Source of the DNA: the human T2T-CHM13v2.0 reference genome, Homo sapiens
NCBI RefSeq assembly: GCF_009914755.1
Contig: NC_060930.1
Strand: one strand, 5' to 3'
Length of the DNA: 64,000 nt
The position numbers and the translations under genes are program-made. Numbering within the stretch: the stretch's first letter is position 1; each line of letters opens with the position of its first letter. The notes beneath the pieces were generated by a model. The model was not told where the DNA came from. It worked only from the letters and a program-made list of their open reading frames with translations, and searched no databases. Positions 40,311 to 52,199 of this stretch are shown here, in pieces.

Positions 40311-40688
40311 AATCTTTGGTTGATGTCATTTGATATCCTTTTCTTCCTTAGTTCTTCATCACCATTTTGACTGCAAACTGGGCAGATAAATGAAAGGTCA
40401 GTAGTTAGTGAGGAGTCAGTCCAAGACAGCAAAGAAGAGAGGTGGAAAGAAAAGATAGTTTTAAACAAGGGTGGCAGAGGGACTTCCCTAAGCATAACTG
40501 TTCTTGGAATTATCTTTGTGCCTCTTTACATTTCTGTGTCCCATTAGCCTACCAGCTGTGCTTATTAAAGATCTCCAGGTAATAGCCATCAACCTTGTGA
40601 GAAATAGGAACTTCCATATCCCTCGGGACTTCTTTAAGTGATATTTGAATCTCACAAATAGCCACTTGTGCCATTCTCTCAGCATTCA

Positions 40689-40751
40689 GCTAACAAGAAT
40701 TTTTTGTTCTACTCCAAACACTTCATTTTCTGCCTCTCTTCACAGGTAAGA
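40689..40751 (+). other. Candidate recursive splice site (3' splice site immediately followed by a 5' splice site)
   Basis: GCTAAC branch-point-like motif, AG-free pyrimidine-rich tract 40698-40743, CACAG|GTAAGA. Confidence 0.35.
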
Positions 40752-42180
40752 GAAGTTACACATTGAAGAACTGGCTAATCATTCAGTTCCACATCACTGA
40801 ACTACCTCAGAGGAAACTTAAAATGCTGCAAAATCATGATTACTTATCCAAAGAGTATACTTATCCAAAGGGTTTTACACTTACATTTTTAGTGTCTGGA
40901 TGAATCTGTTGATATAATCATTACTTTTAATCTCTTTCCTTGACTCAGTAAGAAACCAACTGGCATGTTATATATTACATATATAGCTACCTTGTATGGA
41001 AATTTTAAAGAATAATAGTGTGGCTTTTAGGATTGACTTACTAGAGAAAATAAATAAACATAAGATAATATTTTCATCTAAATTTAAAAAATATTTTCAT
41101 GTGAAGTAAGTCATATATACAGAAAAATATATAAACCATGAATACATAGTTTAATAAGTAATAGAAAGAGAACTTGTAAGTTTCCATGACCCAGGTCAAG
41201 AAATATAATGCTGCCAAGACCTGAAATGTCTCCTACGCATTCCTTCATTGTGATAACTCTCTCCCTCCTCTAAAGGAAATGGATACTCTGAATTGTGTGA
41301 TAATTTCTGTGTTTTTCTTTGTATTTTACCACCTATGTATGCATGCCTATACAATATAGTCTATTTTTATGTATTTTTGAACTTTATTAAATTAAATCAC
41401 AGTCTGAATTCTATGGTGTCTTCCTCTTTTACTCAATATCACATTTGTAAGATCCATTGATATTGTATATAGCCACAGTTTATTCACAAGGGTAGTTCCT
41501 AATACTGCATTCTGGAAAGCCATAGTCATTAATCCACTCTACTGCTAGTATATATTTAGGTATTTTCAATTTGGGTCTCCTAAGAACAATGTTTAAATGG
41601 GTGTTTGGGGGCGTATGTCCAAAATGTTTTCTCTAGGGTAGATACCTAGGAATCAGTGGGCATACAGTATTATCTCATTGCAGTTGTTTGAATGTGTAAT
41701 TCCCAGGCTACCAGTGAGGTCAATCTCCTTTTATATGTTTACTGGCCATTTGGTGCTTTTGTTTTTGGACATGCTTTTTTGATTATTTTGCTCAATTTTA
41801 AATTGTATATGTGTGTGTGTATGTATATAAATTGTATATTTAAAATATACATATTTGTATGTATTGTAAATGTTTTCTTCCACTCTGTGATTTGCCTTTT
41901 TGCTCTCTTTGTGATGCTTTTGATAAGCAGAAGTTCTTTGTTTACTAGAGTTAAATTTACCAATCTTGTACATTATTATCAGGGCTTTTGTGATTTACTT
42001 AGGGAATTTTCCCTACTCTGAAGTTGTATAGATATTCTCCTCTATTATCACACCAAAGCTTAGTACCTTGCCTTTAAGTCTTAGATATTTATTCCACCTG
42101 GAACTAATTTGTGTGTATGCTTTGAAATGATGATTTAATTTTTGCCCATATGGACATCAAATTGTCCCAATAATATCTGC

Positions 42181-42477
42181 TTATTTTTATTTTGAGACAC
42201 GGTCTCACTCTGTTGCCCAGATCTTGTCTCACTGCAACCTCTGCCTCCCAGGTTCAAGCAAATCTCATGCCTCGGCCTCCTAAGTAGCTGGGATTACTGG
42301 TGTGTGCCACCATGCCTGGTTAATGAATTCTGAATTCTGCCTGAATTTTGTATTTTTAGTGGAGATGGGATTTTGCCGTGTTGTCCAGGCTGGTCTCAAA
42401 CTTCTGGCCTCAAGTGACCTGCCCGCCTCAGCCTCCCAAAGTGCTGGGATTATAGACAGGAGCCACAGAGCACTGCC
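42181..42477 (-). mobile_element. Alu (old S/J) with an internal deletion and a gaattct duplication in the linker
   Basis: Antisense Alu; TSD-like aatatctg on both sides. Confidence 0.9.
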
Positions 42478-42604
42478 AATATCTGTTTAAAACAAAGTCT
42501 GACCTATTTTCACTGATTGGCATTAACACTTCTGTTCTCAAGGAAATGTCCATATATATATGTGTAGCCTCTTTCTGGGCTTTCTTTCATTGAATTTAAA
42601 AAAA

Positions 42605-45122
42605 TTTTATTTTTAAATTTTTGTGGGTACATAGTAGGTGCATATATTTATGAGGTATATGAGATATTTTCATATAGGCATGCAATAAATAATAATCACA
42701 TCATGGAAAATGAGATACCTATTCCCTCAAGCATTTATCCTCTGTGTTATGAACAATCCAATAATAGCCAATTAAATTCAACACTATAGAAAATAGATAA
42801 TATATCATGACCAAGTTGGGTTTACTCAGGAAATTCATGGTTGATGTAACATTTTAAAATAATTTAACATTTAAAATATATATTGGGTACCATATATATA
42901 TAGTATATATAGTATCATATTTATATATGTGTGTATATATATACTATAGCATATATATACAGTATATACACTATAGTGTATATATATACAGTATATATAC
43001 ACTATAGTGTATATATATACAGTATATATACTATAGTGTATATATATACAGTATATATACACTATAGTGTATATATATACTGTATATATATACTATACTG
43101 TATATATACATATATATGTATATGTAGTATACATACAGTATATATAGTATGCATATAGTGTATATATATACAGTATATATAGTATATGTGATATACTATA
43201 TACTATATATACTATATACTATACACTATATATACTATATACTATACACTATATATACTATATACTATACTATATACTATATATGCTATATATAGTATAC
43301 AGTATAAACTATATACACTATATATACACTATATACACTATACATACTATATATAGTATACACTATATACACTATATATAGTAACTATATATACACTATG
43401 TATACTATATATAGTATATATAGTATATATAGTATATAGTATTTATAGTGTATATATAGTATATATATAGTGTATATTTAGTATATATATAGTACGCTAT
43501 ACATAGTATATATAGCGTATACTATATATACTATATATAGTATATAGTATACACTATATATACTATATATAGCGTATACTATATATACTATATATGCTAT
43601 ATAGTATACACTATATGTACTATATATGCTATATATAGTCTATATATAGTGTACACTATATATAGTATATATAGTGAATATATATAGACTATATATACTG
43701 TATATATAGTGTATACTATATACACTATATATATATACAGTATATATATACATACAGTATATATACACAGTATACACAGAGTATATATACACGGTATACA
43801 CACCGTATATATACACGATATACATACCATATATATACATGGTATACATACATATATAGTATATATGTATATATGTATGTATATATGTGTATGTATATAT
43901 GTAGGTGTATATATGTATATATGCATGCATGTATATATGTATATATATGTATGTGTATATATGTATATGTATCTGTATATGTATATATGTATATGTATCT
44001 GTATATGTATATATGTATATGTATAGTATATATACAGTATACAGTATATATACTGTATATAGTATATAGTATATATAGTATATAGTAAATAGTATATATA
44101 TAGTAAGTAGTATATATAGTATATAGTATATATAGTGTATAGTATACATAGTATATAGTATACATACTGTATATATACACACTATATACATACTGTATAT
44201 ATACACACTATATACGTACTGTATATATACACACTATATACGTACTGTATATATACACTATATACGTACTGTATATATACACTATATACGTACTGTATAT
44301 ATACTATGTATACATATATGTATATATACTATATATACATATTTACTATATATACAGTATATATACTGTATATGTATATACACTATGTATAGTATATACA
44401 TACTATACATAGTATATATACACACATATATAAATATGATACTATATATACTATATATGGTGTATATATACTGTATATATACCATATATCTACCATATAT
44501 ATACAGTATATATAGTATATATACTATATTGTGTATATAGTATATATACTACATATAGTGTGTGTATATATATACTATATATACTATATATAGTATGTAT
44601 ACATACTATGTAGTATATAGTATATATAGTATGTATATATAGTATATACATAGTGTGTATATATACATATATAATATATGTATATATGTGTATATATAGT
44701 GTATATATACTCTATATATACACTATATATGTATACTATATATATAAAAGTACTGTATTTATATATATAAATACCCATTAACCATCCACACTCTCCCAAC
44801 TCCTACTACCCTTCTCAATCTCTGGTAACCATCCTTCTCCTTTCTGTCTCCATGAGTTCAATTTTTTTCATTTTTAGCACCCACAAATAAATGAGAACAT
44901 GGGAAGTTTGTCTTTCTATGCCTGACTTATTTCACTTAACATAATGACCTCCAGTTCCATACATGTTTTTTTCAAATGACCGGATAACAATCTTTTTTTA
45001 TGGCTGCATAATTCCACCATGTGTATACTTACAACATTTTCTTTATCCAGTGATCTATTGATGGACATTTAGGTTGCTTCCAAATCTTGGCTATTGTGAA
45101 CAGTGCTGTAGCAAACATGGAG
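42605..45122 (-). mobile_element. L1MA-type 3' end, disrupted by an inverted insert and a TA array
   Basis: ttgtgggtacatagtaggtg...gaacaatcc at the left; the element resumes at tacccattaaccatcc (~44773) and runs to gcaaacatgg. Confidence 0.85.
42889..44770. repeat. ~1.9-kb complex TA-rich microsatellite with fold-back symmetry
   Basis: (TA)n interrupted by TAG/TAC/TGT units; perfect 46-bp inverted repeat at 42896-42941 and 44413-44458. Confidence 0.95.
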
Positions 45123-46083
45123 GTACTGGGCTTTTTATCTTGTTTCATTTGCCTGTTTTTCCATCTTAGCACCATTATTACACTGCCTTAATTACTAAAG
45201 TTCTATAATCAATCTTTATATATGATTTGGATAAGTTTCCAAATTTGTGTTTCTTATTTAATGTTGTCTTGATTCTTGGCTCTTTTCAGCATATAAAGTT
45301 TCAGAGCCATTTTTCCTTTTTTGTAAGGCAAAATTTCTAGAATTTTGATTGGGTTACACTGAATCTAAAGATAAATTTTAAGAAAGTTGACATTTTTATA
45401 ATATTGATTTTTTTCAACCCCCATGGGTAATCTATTTCCCAATACATTTAGGTATCCTTTAATATTTCTTAATAAAGTTGTATCTTTTTCCCCTCAGAGA
45501 TTTTTATATTTGTGTAACATTGCTGCCTAGTCACTTAATATTGTTATCTAATTATAAATCATTAAAGCATTTTTATTTCTTCAAATTATTTTTCTTCTTC
45601 TATTGTGTTGATTTTTATATAATTTTTTTTTTCTTTTACTCTGTTAGTGTGGTAAATTGCTTTGATTTTAAAGTGTTACATCAACTGTGAATTTCCTGAG
45701 TAAACCCAACTTGGTCATGATATAGTATCTGTTTTCTATAGTGCTGAATTTAATTGACTACTATTGTGTTTAGGAATTTTGGATCAAACTTCATGAGTGA
45801 GATTGACCTGTACTTTTCTTTTTTATATTGTTCATGTTTGCTTTGTTATCAGGGTAATGTTGGCCTCATTCAATGACTTGTAAGGTTCTTCTGTTTTTCC
45901 CCCTATTTTCTCGATGAGATCTGGTAAGATTGGAACAATAGATTTTTGAGTATTTGGTAAAAATTGTCAGAGAAGCCATCTTGGCTTGGAGTTTTATTTG
46001 TGGAAATACTTTTGAGGACTGATTCAATTCCTTTCAGATATATATATAATATATATATATTTTTTTCCTTAAGTCTGTTTCAG

Positions 46084-46285
46084 TGTATTGGTCAGCTCAG
46101 GCTACCATAATAAAATACCACAAACCAGGTAGCTGAAATAAAGAAGTGTATTTCTCACAGCTCTAGAGGCTGGAAATTTCCAAGATCAGGGTGCTGACAA
46201 GGTAGGTTTCACTCTTCTCTTGGCTTGTAGGTGGCTGCCATCTTTCCATGTGCTCACATGCCCTCTTTGTGCACGTTCTGAGATA
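46084..46285 (-). mobile_element. MLT1 (MaLR) LTR fragment
   Basis: tgtattggtcagctcaggctaccataataaaataccaca...tatttctcacagctctagaggctgg. Confidence 0.8.
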
Positions 46286-47213
46286 GGTACACATATATTA
46301 AAAATTGTTATATCTTCATGGTAATAATTTTTTACTGTATGAAGTGGCTTTAACTCTAATAAAACTTTTCATCTTGGTGTGTATTTTTTCTAGTATTAGT
46401 ATAGATATGACAGCTTTTTCAGTGGTGTTAGCATTCTGTAACAGTTCCCATCTTTTTACTTTCCAAGTTTCTAAGGTTTTGTTTTGCTCTTTTTAAAATA
46501 TTTCTTGTAAGGAGCATATAGTTGTATTGTGGGATTCTTTTTGCATTCTGAAACCATGGTTTTCACCTGGGTATTTATCATATTTATCTGTTGGAGTTTA
46601 AATCCAGCTTTTTATTTTATGCTCTCCATTTGTCTCACTGTTGATTGGGGTTTTTTTTGTTTTTGCATTTTTGAACTGATTTTTAAAATTTTTACATTTC
46701 TTCCTATAATAGTTTGAAATTTATGCCCTATTTTTCTTCTTCCATGTGATTACTTTAGAAATTAAAAGATGACAGATAACCCACTCTGTTATTACGGCTT
46801 TCATTGTTGCTACAGAACAAGTCAGCAGTCAAATAATTACATGTTGGAAGGTGATCTTTTTTCTCTGGTTGCTTTCAAGACTTTTTATTTGTCTTCAGCC
46901 TTTTATAGTTTCACTGTGAGGTGTATATGTATGAATACTTTTAAAATTTGTCTTGCTTGGAATTTCTTGGTTTTCCTGAATTTATAGTCTCATCTTTTTT
47001 TGTTAGTTAGAAATATTCTAAGACAGTATTTTTTCAAATATTAGCTCTGTTACATTCTCTTTTGGTTTTCAGGGACTTCTGAGATACTATGTCCAGGAGG
47101 GAAGAGCATCCTGATTATGAGATAAGTAGCACAGTCATTGCTAACTAGTAGTAAGGCTAATATTTATTGAGATTAGATTGTGTCATATAGTCCTCAAAAG
47201 TATTTTACATGCA

Positions 47214-47480
47214 GGTATTTGTTATCTATTCTGTATAACAAACTACCCCAAAATAGCAGTTTGAAATAACAAGTGTGTATATCATTTCACACAATTTCTG
47301 AGAGTTAAAAGTTCAGGAGTGGCTTGGCTTGATGGTTGTGGCTCAGAGTCTCCACAGGGTTGCAGCCAAGCTGTTGGCCAGGAATACTGTCATCTGAAGG
47401 CTTGACAGGGGCTGGAGCTCTTTCCATGCTCACTCACTTGGTTGCTGGAAGGCGTTCTCAGTTTCTTGTTAGCTATTGTG
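47214..47480 (-). mobile_element. MLT1 LTR fragment
   Basis: ttatctattctgtataacaaactaccccaaaa...gttcaggagtggctt...gtcatctgaaggcttgac. Confidence 0.75.
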
Positions 47481-48672
47481 GAATGAGACTTACGCCATAT
47501 GCAGTCTGTGCTCGTCACCTCTTCAAGATTTTGCAGACAATAAGAAGGTACTTCATTTAGCATTAATTGCCCTGGGATTAGGGCCAAAGTCAGGAAAAAT
47601 TATAAAATGGACAAAGGTTATGTATTACTTCTTTAAGTCTAGTTTGTGGTTGTTGAGTTTCTAATATTCATCTTTATTAATTTTATCAGCAATGCACACA
47701 TGAAACATTATGGATCAGAGACAGATTTCTTATGAATTACCTCACAGTAAATAATAAGTGCATTGGTCTTCTTGCCTCAGGCCTTATCCCTGGGACACAG
47801 TGATGAAAACCAAGTCAAATACCCTATGTGAGTAGCCAGACACTCCATAGGTTAGAAATGAGGCAAAAGGATTTTTCTGTGCTTATAAAAGGTAGAGAGG
47901 CAGCTGCCCCTTCCCTCCTAAACAGGTTTCCTTGGAAGTGTAAAGGTCTTGAGTCCTAACTCAAACCCTTTGGTGTGGAAATAAAATGTGTCCAGGAGCC
48001 AGATAGGTCCAGGTGTCTCCAACCTAGAGATGTCTCTAAGTTCTGGTCTTCGTCTCCTTTGATGTGTAAATATGTAGAAAGGTCATGTTTCCTGTTTTCA
48101 GTGCTAACTTAGGTGCCTGTCCTGGGATTAACTGTTTGGCTTTTCCAGAGGTAAGAAAAATTTTATTATCCTTTGAATCAGTACAATTAGGGAAACACAT
48201 GGCTACAGAGCTAATTTTTATATATGTGAAAATGTTTCTATGATAATTAAAAGAAAACAATTTCCATCTTTAGAGCTTATATGTTTTAATGGTTCAGTAA
48301 GAAATTGAGCAAGAAATCCAGAGAAGTTTTATTTCCTCCTCACTGGCCCAAGGAATGCCTTTTATGCCACCTTGGGCAAAAACATGGACTTTTCAATTGG
48401 CGTTCCTACCTCTTTTCCATGGGTTCTTGGACTTATTCCTGGAGGGGAACTACTCTCCTCTAGTAATAAAAGATAATAAGATATCATTTTCCTAAAACTA
48501 TTGAAAACAATGAAATGCTTCTAGTCACATCAATGGAAAACATACCCGCTTTTTTTTTTTTTTTCTGGTCAAATAAACTTTTGATTTTCTTGAATCTAAG
48601 CTGGTCATTTTGCATACAGATTCCTTCCTAGAAGGCCAGCTGATAATTACTTATAGAATGATCAAATTTCTT

Positions 48673-49170
48673 TGCATCAGTCATCTATTGCTGAAGTAAT
48701 GCTGCATGACAAAAAAGCCCCCTAAACTTAGTGGCTTATAAAACGAGGTGGTTGTTTTCTTTTCTTTTTTTTTTTTCTTTTGGCTTCATATTTGGCTGGG
48801 TTTGGCCGAAATCAGCTGTGCTTTGTTCCAGACTGAGGTTGGGTTCAGGTTTTCTCCATATAACTACTTGCTCTGGGAAGAGTGTCTACTTGTGGTATGT
48901 GTTCTTCTCACAGTGGGTGGCAGAGAAACAAGAGGCTGGCAGACAAATGTAATGTTTCTTAAAGCTTAACTGTAGAACAGGAACACTGTCACTTTCACCC
49001 ACATTCACTGGCCAAAGCCAGTCATCTTATCAATTCCAGTATCAATGAGGTGGTAAAATGTTTTCTCTGCCCATAGTGGAAGACAAGTACTCATGGCCAA
49101 GGGCATGGAAGTCTGATTCTCTTAATGGAGGGAAGAAAAGTTTGGGAAAAATAATCCAATCTGTCCTACA
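48673..49170 (-). mobile_element. MLT1 (H/I/J-like) LTR
   Basis: tgcatcagtcatctattgctg...aaacttagtggcttataaaac...cacattcactggccaaagc...ataatccaatct. Confidence 0.75.
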
Positions 49171-49257
49171 AGGTTTTGATGTTTAGGACAACTTAGAAGT
49201 CTTCTAGTTCAACTCACTAGTAGATGTTTGAAAGTGGAATTTGTTATCTAGGAGGGA

Positions 49258-49697
49258 TGTGGCAGAAAAACAAATATGACAGAGATGGATAGCTATCCAC
49301 GAAAAACTTATGTTCTCCCTTCCCCAGAGTGATTATTTTGCTGGAAAGCAGATATCGGATGGTGAATAAATTTTCCAGTCCCTTTTGCATTCAGGTATGG
49401 ACACATGACTAGTTTTCACCAATGCAATGTGGGCATAAATAAGCCTCACTTCCATTTTGAAGTCCAAGAATATCTTTTCCATCCTATTATGTTAGCCAGA
49501 AACAGAGGACACTGAGATACCAGAAGATGAATCCACGATATCCATAGCAGCCTTGGCTCCTCAGTTACCCTCTAGAGAAAAGCCACTTGCCACGCAGAAA
49601 CATCCACACTAAACTGATAATGAATGATGAATATGTTGAGCCCATGAAATTTTGGTATTTATTAATTACAAAAGCTCATGTTACCTTCACTATTCTA
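49258..49697 (+). mobile_element. MLT1-type LTR
   Basis: TGTGGCAG start; tttccagtccc...catgactagttttcaccaatg; catgaaattttggtatttatt. Confidence 0.6.
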
Positions 49698-49867
49698 AAT
49701 AACTCAACAAGAAAAGTATTTAAAATCATGTGGCAGCTACATGAGGTAACAGGAAAACAGTAACTATTTAGATTTGAAATAAGTTTATAGCTTCCAGTTC
49801 CTGTTCTGCCAATAAGGAACTGCTTGACACTAAGAACATTTTTAAAAACAAAAGGGTTTGGAGTTAA

Positions 49868-50224
<357 letters not shown>

Positions 50225-50319
50225 TAGGCAGACACTTTTCTGGGAGAGTGTGAACAAGAGAGACTTGTTTTTCATTCCCAAACAAGGCCCTACAGTGATT
50301 TGAACCTCAGCATCAGAGA

Positions 50320-50510
50320 TGGATTAGAATCATCTTTAAGTGGCCTTGGGTAAGTCATTTAAACTCTTTGAGCCTTGGTTCCTATCCATATAATAGAGAT
50401 ATGATAGTGACTTTGCAGCATGGTTGTGAGGATTAAATGAGCTATTACACATAAATTCCATGGTGCGGTGATTGGCACATAATATTCATACAATAAATGT
50501 TCATTACTTT
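50320..50510 (+). mobile_element. MIR
   Basis: gccttgggtaagtcatttaaactc...ggttgtgaggattaaatgag...caataaatgtt. Confidence 0.8.
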
Positions 50511-52199
50511 TATTGCAGTTATTCCTGTCTAGATTTGGTTAGAAGTACAGGATCTCCCTGCATACAGGCTACTCATAGGACTAGAGAACTGAATGATTAA
50601 AGCCCAGGAAAGATTGAAGAAAGTGTCTTTGTGGAGGGCCTAGAGTCATGATAATAAAACCCAAATGACATAGATCTCTCACTGCAAATCCACTGGGCTT
50701 AGAAATGACAGGAGAGGGTACTTACACTGTCAGCATCTTAATACGTCAGAGAACTTTAAACAGATTTTCTAGGCTATGTTGTCCAAGCATACACAATGCT
50801 AAGTAACTGCACAGGGAGGCCATGCATTTGAGTGATCATCAGAGAGTTGTCTGCCTTGTTTTGCTTTTGACATCCACTAAAGAAAGCAAGGAAACCAACA
50901 GAACTTTATAATTTAAATAATAATAAAGGGATAAGTATTTGGAATAAGGGTAAGAGTAGCAATTCAGATCTGCTGTTTCTAATGACCATAGTATTTTGAA
51001 AGAAGAAAGCAGCTCCTGCCTGTTCTTCAAGACAGCCTCATTGTGTGACTTTGGGCCACATAGTGTGAGTCACTTATTGAGGGCAGATGGGAGCCACAGG
51101 CCACTTTGTGCCAGGGAGGCTCTTAAACATGAGAAGGACTGAGTTTTGCTTGGAGATCAATTAGACAAAGTTAAAAATTCTCTTGAGGGAACATATGGGA
51201 TCTCTGAACCATATCCAAATAGCCAAACCTCCCTAGCAGTAAAGATACTCAGTTCCATCTTTGCCATCTTCTTTGTCTCACTTTGATCTTTTCTCTCCCT
51301 AATAGTGTCAGTTGTTACCTTAGGTTATCATTTCTGATACAATCTTGAAATTTGTTTTGCATGCATAAACCACTTCTTTATGTAGACTGCAAAATTTGCG
51401 TGTGTGTGTTGGGGGGCAGTGATTATTTCATTTCTTGTAATTTTAGGGATCTTCAAATGTGACCATCAAAAAGTTAAATACCAGGAATTTATTTTAAAAA
51501 AAAACCACTAATTAAAACAAGTTTCCAACCACCTGTGTAGAGCACATTCTGCATTTTTCATTTGGTAAAACTGGGTTATTTTTGAGCTTTTAAAGCAATA
51601 CTAAAGTTCTCTTAAGGATGCAAATTCAGAATTTACATTTCTATTTTGTCCTAAGGCAGCGGCACAAGATTCCCTGAGTTGCCCACCAGGTATAATATGG
51701 TGGAATTGTGGGAGTTGAGAAAAAGACAAGTTAACTTGGAATGTTCTTGACTTTCTGAGTTCAACTCTGAATAGCAAGTGCTGGAGTGAACATTTTTCAA
51801 ATTGCCAGTGATAAGTATTTTTAAAAGCCTATTTTTTTTAATTATGCCAGTTTAAAAGATGCAATTGGAACATAAGGCACATGCTTTAGTGAAGTCTGGT
51901 AGATAACTTGGTATGTGAAATATTTTTGTAAAAGTAGAAGAAAATGGTAGGAATGGTCGTGTTCAAAAGACTCTAATTCTACTGTCTTGGTGATTTATTT
52001 TCTCTAATGTACACTTCCTTCGAAAAGGAGGCTTGGTTTAGAAGGAAGAGGAAGATTCATTCTCATAATGTGAGAGTTCTCTGAAAACCTCTTTTCCTAT
52101 TGACCCAGGATCCTTATTTTACTTTCCCTTTCAGTGCTAAATTATCTTTAACTACTATGACATTAAAAGAGATATATTAAGAGTCACCTTGATTAAAGA

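Larger units (their letters stand above)
41080..47100 (-). mobile_element. Old L1ME-type element(s), interrupted by an Alu, an L1MA and an MLT1
   Basis: Antisense L1 motifs: cccaggtcaagaaatataa; ttttgattgggttacactgaatct; cccaacttggtcatga; agaagccatcttggcttggag. Confidence 0.75.

Noticed and set aside
42871-44799. Many Ile/Tyr-rich ORFs
   Set aside because: Translations of the TA microsatellite
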